A stretch of DNA of 64,000 nt, from positions 64,001-128,000 of the forward strand of contig CAXWPL010000005.1 of NCBI GenBank assembly GCA_963666215.2. The letters run 5' to 3'. Of the stretch, positions 9,936-16,601 are shown piece after piece. Within the stretch, counting starts at the first letter, position 1; every line of letters begins with the position of its first letter. This stretch comes from Acidobacteriota bacterium. GTDB taxonomy: Bacteria; Acidobacteriota; UBA890; WLXD01. The notes below the pieces were generated by a model that had not been told where the DNA came from, ran no database searches, and saw nothing but the letters and a program-made list of their open reading frames with translations. Position numbers and translations under genes: made by a program.

Positions 9936-11344
9936 GGGGATGTCCCACCGTCCGTTGAACTAAGGCGACGGTGAAGTGGTTGGGGATTGTTACGCAGTAC
10001 GGCGCTCCTGCTCAAGGTGAGCGTCGACGGCGGCGTTCAGTGCGGCATCGAGCTTGGCGATGTCGCGGTAGCCACGGACCCTCCGGAAGTGGCTCTCGGC
10101 CTCGATGAGCGCGGTAACCGCCCATCGAACGATCATGCTCCCGGAGCGCCATCTCTTTACGTTGCGGCTGACGTGTTTGATCGTGCCGTTGAGATTCTCG
10201 ATCGTGTTCGTTGAACGCAACGTTCGAAGCAGCGGCCCCTGCACTCCGAGCCGGGTGACGGTGAGCGTCTCTTGCATTCCTTCTCTGAGCGAGGCCGCGG
10301 CACCCGGGTGATCCGTCTCCAGCTCTTTGGCCACGGCGTCGAGCTGCTTGGTCGCTGCCGCTGCCGTCTCCGCCTTCCAGGCCTTGCGGATCTTCGCCGC
10401 GAACCAGGGCCGGATATGCCCTGGCAGATGTTCCAAGACGTTCTTGATCTTGTGGACACGGCAGCGCTGGATCAGGGCCCACTCGCCGAACGTGTCGCGC
10501 ACTGCTTTACGGAGGCCCTTGGAGCCATCGATTACCACCAACCGCGCCCGTTCGACGGGCATGCCGCGTTCAATCAACTGCCGCAGCAGCGATCGGCACA
10601 CACGTGAACTCTCGGTGGTGCCTTCTACGACGCCCAGAACATGCTTGACGCCGTCCGTATCGATGCCCATGGCGATCACCAACAGGTGCTTGCCCATGTG
10701 CGTACCGTCGATCACCAGCACCGGCAAGTCCACCTCGTTGAGTGGTTGGGCCAGGTACTGCTGCACCTGCCGGGCGGTACGCGCTACGAACCGCCGCGAC
10801 ACACTCGAGCGACTCGTCCCGGATGAAGTTCGGCCTTCGGGCAGCTGCTCCAACGAGCGCTCATACTTGCGCGTCGTGACGCCGCACAGGATCTGCTCCA
10901 CGGCGCGCTCTTCGAGCGGGTCGGTGGCCTTGAACCTCTCCCAGTGCGGCAGCGGCAGCTCTTGGCCATCGACGCTCCGAGCCCGCGGCTTGCGTACCTT
11001 GACCCGCCGGCCGCCCATCACCAGCGAGCCCTCGTCGTAGCCGTGTCGGTACGCCCGCCGCTGCTGTGACCGTGCGTGGCGTTCTCCGCATAGCTCAGCT
11101 CTGTCTTCTTCCAGCAGCGAACCCAACACCCCGAAGCCCGCGTCCATGACCAGCGCTCGTAGATCCGATCGCGCCGCTACCACTGCCTCCAGGAGCGGGT
11201 TCTCTTGGCGCTCCGCTTTCCTACTTGTCTCTGTTCTGCGACTCTTGCTCATGACGGTGATCCTCCATGCCAGTGGATTGACCCCGACACACTATCGAGG
11301 TCGGATCACCGTCACCCTTTTTCAACGGAGCCTGTGACATCCCC
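9936..11344 (-). mobile_element. IS256-family element, 1409 bp
   Basis: Imperfect IRs GGGGATGTCCCACCGTCCGTTGAA / TTCAACGGAGCCTGTGACATCCCC. 8-bp target duplication GACACCAC at 9928-9935 and 11345-11352. Confidence 0.93.
9990..11252 (-). CDS. IS256 (Mutator-type) DDE transposase
   Basis: GVTTRKY, SRSSVSR, VIDGTH, VIDGSKGL, QRCRVHKIKN, STNTIENLN. Confidence 0.93.
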   Translation of the reverse strand: MSKSRRTETSRKAERQENPLLEAVVAARSDLRALVMDAGFGVLGSLLEEDRAELCGERHARSQQRRAYRHGYDEGSLVMGGRRVKVRKPRARSVDGQELPLPHWERFKATDPLEERAVEQILCGVTTRKYERSLEQLPEGRTSSGTSRSSVSRRFVARTARQVQQYLAQPLNEVDLPVLVIDGTHMGKHLLVIAMGIDTDGVKHVLGVVEGTTESSRVCRSLLRQLIERGMPVERARLVVIDGSKGLRKAVRDTFGEWALIQRCRVHKIKNVLEHLPGHIRPWFAAKIRKAWKAETAAAATKQLDAVAKELETDHPGAAASLREGMQETLTVTRLGVQGPLLRTLRSTNTIENLNGTIKHVSRNVKRWRSGSMIVRWAVTALIEAESHFRRVRGYRDIAKLDAALNAAVDAHLEQERRTA

Positions 11345-11465
11345 GACACCACGGTCGGTCAACTTATCGGTCAGGCCGACCGGAGCAGCGCCCCAGCATC
11401 ATCACAGTCAACTTAACTTTCCGAACCTTGTCCCCGGGCAATCTTGCTTCGAGGCAGACCGCTCT

Positions 11466-12164
11466 TCAAGGGGTGGTGGCCACCTGCCAATCCATCAACG
11501 ATCGGGTACGCAGCAGTCGGTAGTGTGCTGCTCGCAAGCGGTGTCGTCCGAGTCGGAAGAGGTTGAGGATGACACCTTGCACAGCCAAAAACTGTTGAGC
11601 TTGCGACGCTGACTTGAATCTCCGCATCTGGCGTTCTCGTTGTCGAGTGGGCTGGTGCGAGGCCTCGCATCGGTTGTTCGCGTAGCGCGCAGTGACATGC
11701 TCGACCGAAGGCATCACGACATGGTGCGCGGCCCCATAACTTCTGAGCTTGTCGGTAATCAACCATCGGGGTGCACTCCCCTGCCCTTTCAGCAACTTGC
11801 GGAAGAAGCGCTTGGCCGCGCGAGCGCTACGTCGCCGCTGGACCAAGATATCGATCACATCTCCGTCCTGGTCGACCGCTCGCCACAGGTAGTGGCGCCG
11901 GCCGCGGATCCTCACGAAGACCTCGTCCAGGAACCAAGTGTCACCCAGACGACCTTGCCGCCGCCGTAGCTTGCGAGCGTAGTCAGGGCCGAACTTCGCA
12001 CACCACCGTCGAATCGTCTCGTAGGTGACCTCGACTCCGCGCTCGGCTAGGAGATCTTCCACGTCTCGGAAGCTCAGGCAGAACCGGTGGTAGAGCCAGA
12101 CGGAGTGGCTGATGATCTCGATCGGGAAACGGTGTCTGCGATATCGGCTGACGGCGTTGCTCAT
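11466..12164 (-). CDS. IS6-family DDE transposase
   Basis: YRRHRFP, SFRDVEDLLAERG, WFLDEVF, YLWRAVDQDG, ITDKLRSY, NNRCEASH. Confidence 0.96.
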   Translation of the reverse strand: MSNAVSRYRRHRFPIEIISHSVWLYHRFCLSFRDVEDLLAERGVEVTYETIRRWCAKFGPDYARKLRRRQGRLGDTWFLDEVFVRIRGRRHYLWRAVDQDGDVIDILVQRRRSARAAKRFFRKLLKGQGSAPRWLITDKLRSYGAAHHVVMPSVEHVTARYANNRCEASHQPTRQRERQMRRFKSASQAQQFLAVQGVILNLFRLGRHRLRAAHYRLLRTRSLMDWQVATTP

Positions 12165-12204
12165 GGCCGTACTCTGTCAGCAGCGCCTTTAAGTTGACAG
12201 TGCC

Positions 12205-12413
12205 CCTCGAACGGCCCCCGTCGGCAGCTTCCCATCCCCGCTCGATGTCGGCGACGATCGCTCCAGGGCAGCGGGATCCATGGGCGCCGCGGACGACGCT
12301 TCCTCGTCAGGGATAGGTACCGCCTGACACGCCGCCGCTGCGATCATCGCCAACCCGAGCAACGATCCAGCGAGGTCTCTTGGCTTCACGCTCATTCCCA
12401 CCATCTCCTTCAT
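12205..12413 (-). pseudogene. N-terminal remnant of a lipoprotein, truncated at the IS6 end
   Basis: Lipobox-like LLGLAMIAAAAC signal. The reading frame shifts and runs into the IS6 IR. Confidence 0.5.
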
Positions 12414-12603
12414 GGTCCCCGGGTTGTCCAGAGCAGGCGGCCCATTCGACGGGCAAGTTCGCGCCTCACCCAAGCTATCAGAGCCGTGCGACGTCGCCCA
12501 CGGAGCGGCACACGGCGTGCGTACCTTGAAAGAGGACGTCGCCGGAGCTGGTGCTTTCGAGACAAACGCATCGACGATCGCACACCCGGTCGGTGACCCA
12601 CGG

Positions 12604-12798
12604 CTACCCGAAATGGCCCACGAGACGAGGACCCCGTGCCGTGGCCACCCGCAGGGGCAGCTTGCGCCACAGTCCGATCGCAAGCCGGTAGCGCGAATTG
12701 TCTGGAGAGATTCGAGGCAGCTCGGATCCCTTGGCCACGCGGTAGCGGTAGCGTGCCGGTTCGGGGTCGAAGCCGAAGCGACGTTTGAAGTGGTAGGC
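12604..12798 (-). pseudogene. C-terminal remnant of a FemAB-like (XrtA/PEP-CTERM-associated) GNAT protein
   Basis: AYHFKRRFGFDPEP...ISPDNSRYRLAIGLWRKLPLRVATARGPRLVGHFG* resembles that family's C-terminus. It is cut at an IS256 IR scar. Confidence 0.65.
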
Positions 12799-12819
12799 GG
12801 GGATGTCACACCGTCCGTT
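12799..12819 (+). repeat. Orphan IS256 terminal IR fragment
   Basis: GGGGATGTCACACCGTCCGTT matches 9936-9956 at 20 of 21 bases. Confidence 0.85.
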
Positions 12820-13335
12820 CTTGGCCTCGGAAGTCTTGGCGGGGTCGTCGCCGAGCGGCTCAGCGCCCTCGGCGTGAACGTGCTCGGCCTGTGCCGCAGC
12901 GGTAAGCCGCGCCCGCACGTTTCGCGCGTTTTTTCGCCGGACAACTGGCGCAGCATGCTTCCCTTGTGCGACGCACTGGTGCTCACCACGCCGCTGACAC
13001 CCCAGACCCACGGCATGCTCGACGCCGCGGCGCTCGCCGCACTCCCAGCGGGAGCGGTGTTGGTGAACGTCGCTCGCGGCGAGTTGGTTGACGAGCGTGC
13101 TCTGCTCGAGAGTGTTCGCCAGGGGCGCCTGCGCGCCGCCGTACTCGACGTCTTCGACCGCGAGCCCCTACCAGCAGACAGCCCGCTTTGGACCGAACCG
13201 CGGATCTGGGTGACGCCTCACGTGGCCGCCCCGAGCGAGGTCGATCTAGTGGCCGACGAGTTCGCCATCAACTACAGCCGGTTCATCGATGGCGCGCCGC
13301 TCGTAAATCTCGTCGACAGAGAGCGCGGCTACTAG
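12817..13335 (+). pseudogene. C-terminal (NAD-binding) part of a D-isomer 2-hydroxyacid dehydrogenase
   Basis: VLGLGSLG, PLTPQTHG, VNVARG, LDVFDREPL, TPHVA, VDRERGY. The substrate-binding N-terminus is missing. Confidence 0.8.
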
Positions 13336-13355
13336 CCCGGTAGGCGCTGCGGAGA

Positions 13356-14639
13356 CTAACCCCGCGCCTGGACCTGTTCGGCGATGGTCTCGATCGCACG
13401 GTCGATCTCGTCATCGGTGCTGTAGAAGTGGGGCGACAGACGGATGCCGGCACCCGGACGATGATCGACCATCACGCGTCGCTCGAGCAAGGCGGCCGCG
13501 ACTTCCTCCGAATGCGGCACGAGCAGCGAGACGGCCCCACCGCGGACCGCCGGGTCGAGCGGCGTGTTCACTTTCCATCCATGCCCGAGCGCGGCCTCGA
13601 CGAGTCGTTGCGTCTGACGCTGCGACTTGCGCCGAACGGCTCTCAGGTCGAGCTCGCCGATAATCTCCAACCCGGGCTCCGCTGCCGCCAGAGCGGGTAC
13701 AACCGTCGTTCCATTCAGGAAGCGCCAGCTCGCGTCGTCGCGATAGCGCTGCGACGCCGCCTTGAAGGCGAACGGATCTTGATTGGCGAACCAGCCGGTA
13801 AGCGACGGCTCCAGGGACGGCGCGAGATCGGGGCGCACGTAGAGGTAGGCGACACCCGGTCCGCCGCACAGCCACTTGAGCGTCCCTCCTACGGCCAGAT
13901 CGACACCGGTGGCGGTGACGTCGATCGGCATGATGCCTGCCGACTGGTACGTGTCCAGAAGGACGTGGGCGCCCACAGAATGCGCGCGCTCGACGATGGC
14001 GGCGACGTCTTGGCAGTAACTGCTCCTGAAGATCACGTGTGAGATCGGAACGAGCTGGGTTTGCTCGTCGATTGCCGCCAGCATGGCTTCAAGCGGCACC
14101 GTCAATCCGTCCTGCGACGGCACCAACTCGAGCTTCGCGCCTAGGCGCTCCTGCTGACCGTAGAGGTACAGCATCGACGGGAAGTTGAGCTCGGAGCAGA
14201 CGATCTTATTCCGCGGCCCGGTGAAGTCGAAACACGAGGTGACGACGGCGGACGCCGTTGTCACGTTGGGGTGGGTCGAAACACTGCCGGCCGGCGCGCC
14301 GATCAGCGGCGCCACCTTGTTGCCGACACGCTCGGCCGCCATGAACCAGCTCTCCTCCCAGGCACAAACACCGAGCTCCTCCCATTGCTGGACGTAGCTC
14401 GCCAGCGCCGGACGAACGCCCCGCGGCATGGCACCCAGGGAGTTGGAGATCAGATACGTCGACGTCTCCAGGATCGGAAATTCGTTACGCCGGGCGAGCA
14501 GCGCCGCTTCGGCCGCAGCGTCGTCCTGGGCGATCGGCTGCCGGCCCGGGCTCGACATCACCGGCTCGACGATGACTTGTGATCGAACACCGGCAAGCGC
14601 TTGCGGCGCTGCCGACGCATCGTCACGGTCCAAGCTCAT
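13356..14639 (-). CDS. PLP-dependent aminotransferase class V (kynureninase-like)
   Basis: YLISNSLGAMP, LNFPS, LDTYQSAG, GGTLKWLCGGPG, IRLSPHFY. Confidence 0.88.
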   Translation of the reverse strand: MSLDRDDASAAPQALAGVRSQVIVEPVMSSPGRQPIAQDDAAAEAALLARRNEFPILETSTYLISNSLGAMPRGVRPALASYVQQWEELGVCAWEESWFMAAERVGNKVAPLIGAPAGSVSTHPNVTTASAVVTSCFDFTGPRNKIVCSELNFPSMLYLYGQQERLGAKLELVPSQDGLTVPLEAMLAAIDEQTQLVPISHVIFRSSYCQDVAAIVERAHSVGAHVLLDTYQSAGIMPIDVTATGVDLAVGGTLKWLCGGPGVAYLYVRPDLAPSLEPSLTGWFANQDPFAFKAASQRYRDDASWRFLNGTTVVPALAAAEPGLEIIGELDLRAVRRKSQRQTQRLVEAALGHGWKVNTPLDPAVRGGAVSLLVPHSEEVAAALLERRVMVDHRPGAGIRLSPHFYSTDDEIDRAIETIAEQVQARG

Positions 14640-14830
14640 GGCGATGTCTCCGAAAGGGTGCGGGTGGGGTTTCGACAGGGCTGTGAGGCAATCGGCCGAC
14701 GCCTGCCGAGCCGGTAAACTACTGTGCGAGTGGCGACAAGCCAACCGCCAATCCGCGCGGGACATGCCGAATCTAACGGCCGCGGGGGCTCACCCACCGG
14801 CGAGCTTCATCTGCTCGCGCGGAGTTGTCG

Positions 14831-15739
14831 ATGGACTCAGCGAACGAGATGGGCGCCAAGAGCGGGCAAAGCGCACAGCGCGCCCCGGCGGAGCACCCGG
14901 CACTGCGCATTGGTCAGAGCGCCGATCCCGACGACGCCTTCATGGCCTGGGGTCTCGAGCGCTGCCTTGCGGAGCGCGGACTGCGGGTCGACCTGACCTT
15001 CGGCGACATCGAGCAGCTCAACCGCTCGGCACTCTCCGGTGATAGCGACCTCACGGCAATCTCTTTCGCCGCGTACGCCGAGCTCGCACCGCGATATCGA
15101 CTGCTGCGATGTGGCTCGAGCTTCGGCGACGGCTACGGACCGATCGTCGTCGGGCGCTGTCCAGCGAAGGCTGAAGGCATCGAATCGCTCGCCGGCCTGC
15201 GCGTGGCGATTCCGGGGCAGCACACCACCGCCTACTTGCTGCTGCGCATCTACGCCAGCCGTGCCGAACAGACCTTCGAAGCGATCGAGATGCCGTTCGA
15301 TCGGATCCTCGATGCAGTAGCGGAGGGAACGGTCGATGCCGGCCTGATTATCCATGAGGGGCAACTGACCTACCGCGAGCTAGGGTTCGAGCTTCTGTTC
15401 GATCCACCAGCCCGCTGGGCGAAAGAGGAAGAGTTACCTCTGCCGCTGGGAGGCGTTGTGGTCCGCCGTGGTCTCGACCCACAGATCCAGCTGGCACTCA
15501 GCGCGGCGTTCCGCGAGAGCATCGACGCTGCTTTCGATAACCGGGACGAGGCGCTGCGCTTCGCGGCCGGCTACGCCCGTGACCTGCCGTGGAGCACGCT
15601 GAAGGAGTACGTGGAGCGTTACGTCAATCGGGCAACAGCCGACATGGGCGCTGACGGCGAAGCCGCCCTTCAGCGGCTATACGAACGGGCCACGGCAGCC
15701 GGGATCATCCAACGTTCTCCGCCGCTCGATCTTCTCTGA
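14831..15739 (+). CDS. mqnD: 1,4-dihydroxy-6-naphthoate synthase (MqnA/MqnD family, futalosine menaquinone pathway)
   Basis: SADPDDAFM, DIEQLN, SFGDGYGP, PGQHTTAYLL, IIHEGQLTY, PLPLG. Confidence 0.85.
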   Translation: MDSANEMGAKSGQSAQRAPAEHPALRIGQSADPDDAFMAWGLERCLAERGLRVDLTFGDIEQLNRSALSGDSDLTAISFAAYAELAPRYRLLRCGSSFGDGYGPIVVGRCPAKAEGIESLAGLRVAIPGQHTTAYLLLRIYASRAEQTFEAIEMPFDRILDAVAEGTVDAGLIIHEGQLTYRELGFELLFDPPARWAKEEELPLPLGGVVVRRGLDPQIQLALSAAFRESIDAAFDNRDEALRFAAGYARDLPWSTLKEYVERYVNRATADMGADGEAALQRLYERATAAGIIQRSPPLDLL

Positions 15740-15748
15740 GCGCTGCCC

Positions 15749-16429
15749 GTGACTCTGCCGCCAAAGCTCGTTCTGTTCGACCTCGATGGCACCCTTGTCG
15801 ATTCGCAGCGCGACCTTGCCGCCGCGGCCAACGCGCTGATCGCACGCTACGACGGCACGCAGCTCGACGAGGCGACGATCGGCGCAATGATCGGCGAGGG
15901 CGCAGCGGTGCTGGTTCGACGAGCGCTGACGGCGGCCCTTCAAGAGGTCGATGGAAGCGCGATGACCGAAGTCGGCGAGCAGCAGTTCCACGAGTTCGAT
16001 CGCCTGTACGCCGACCGAATCCTCGACACTACTTGCCCCTACGCCGGCATCCGCGAGCTTCTCGAGCGCCTGTATCCGATACTCCCGCTCGCCGTGCTGA
16101 CCAACAAGCCGGCGCGGCCCGCCCGTCAGATCCTCGACGGACTCGACCTCAGTCGTTACTTCCAGGCGGTCGTTACGGGGGACGACGGCGCTCGCAAGCC
16201 GGACCCTGCGAACCTGCTGCGGCTCGCCAACACCGCAGGCTACGAGGCAGCGCAAACGTTGCTGGTCGGTGACTCGTTCATCGACTTCAACACGGCTCGC
16301 CGCGCCGGTGCCGGAATCGCGATGGCGCGTTACGGCTTCGGCTACGAGAATTTCCCGGCCGAACACCTGCAAGGCGACGAGCTCCTACTCGACGCGCCGC
16401 TCGAGTTGGCAAGCGCGCTCGACGTCTAG
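15749..16429 (+). CDS. HAD-IA phosphatase (phosphoglycolate phosphatase-like)
   Basis: FDLDGTLVDS, LTNKP, KPDP, VGDSFID. Confidence 0.88.
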   Translation: MTLPPKLVLFDLDGTLVDSQRDLAAAANALIARYDGTQLDEATIGAMIGEGAAVLVRRALTAALQEVDGSAMTEVGEQQFHEFDRLYADRILDTTCPYAGIRELLERLYPILPLAVLTNKPARPARQILDGLDLSRYFQAVVTGDDGARKPDPANLLRLANTAGYEAAQTLLVGDSFIDFNTARRAGAGIAMARYGFGYENFPAEHLQGDELLLDAPLELASALDV

Positions 16430-16601
16430 CGGCCTGCGCCACACTTCCGGCGCCGCCTTCCATTGCTTCCCAGGCGTCGAGCGCGTCCTGCGACGCCGGC
16501 CTGATGAGTCTTCGGAAGCACCCCTGCCATTGCTAGACTTTCCTGGTCGTCATGACCCGCTGAAACTCTGCTAACCATTTCTGAAGTCAACTGGAGACAA
16601 C

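Larger units (their letters stand above)
9790..11391 (-). ncRNA. Predicted IS110 bridge RNA (about 11391-11345 joined to 9927-9790), split by IS256
   Basis: Two stem-internal-loop-hairpin units contain TAAGTTGAC and GCACTGA (match target/junctions) and ATAGGAGC and CATCACAGTC (match element ends). Transcript ends are estimated. Confidence 0.75.
8665..11407 (-). mobile_element. IS110-family element (about 1326 bp net), interrupted by IS256
   Basis: Sits exactly between the two halves of the IS6 IR, sharing one base (G8664/G11407). No terminal IRs. Contains the transposase plus an upstream non-coding end. Confidence 0.88.
8658..12204 (-). mobile_element. IS6-family element (about 804 bp net) with one terminal IR interrupted by the IS110
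   Basis: Intact IR TTAAGTTGACAGTGCC at 12189-12204. The other IR is reconstituted as a perfect 16-bp inverted copy from GGCACTG (8658-8664) + TCAACTTAA (11408-11416). Confidence 0.9.

Noticed and set aside
12412-13335. 307-aa ORF read as a full dehydrogenase
   Set aside because: Only the part after about 12817 is homologous. The upstream part is the antisense of a FemAB-like remnant plus an IS scar.
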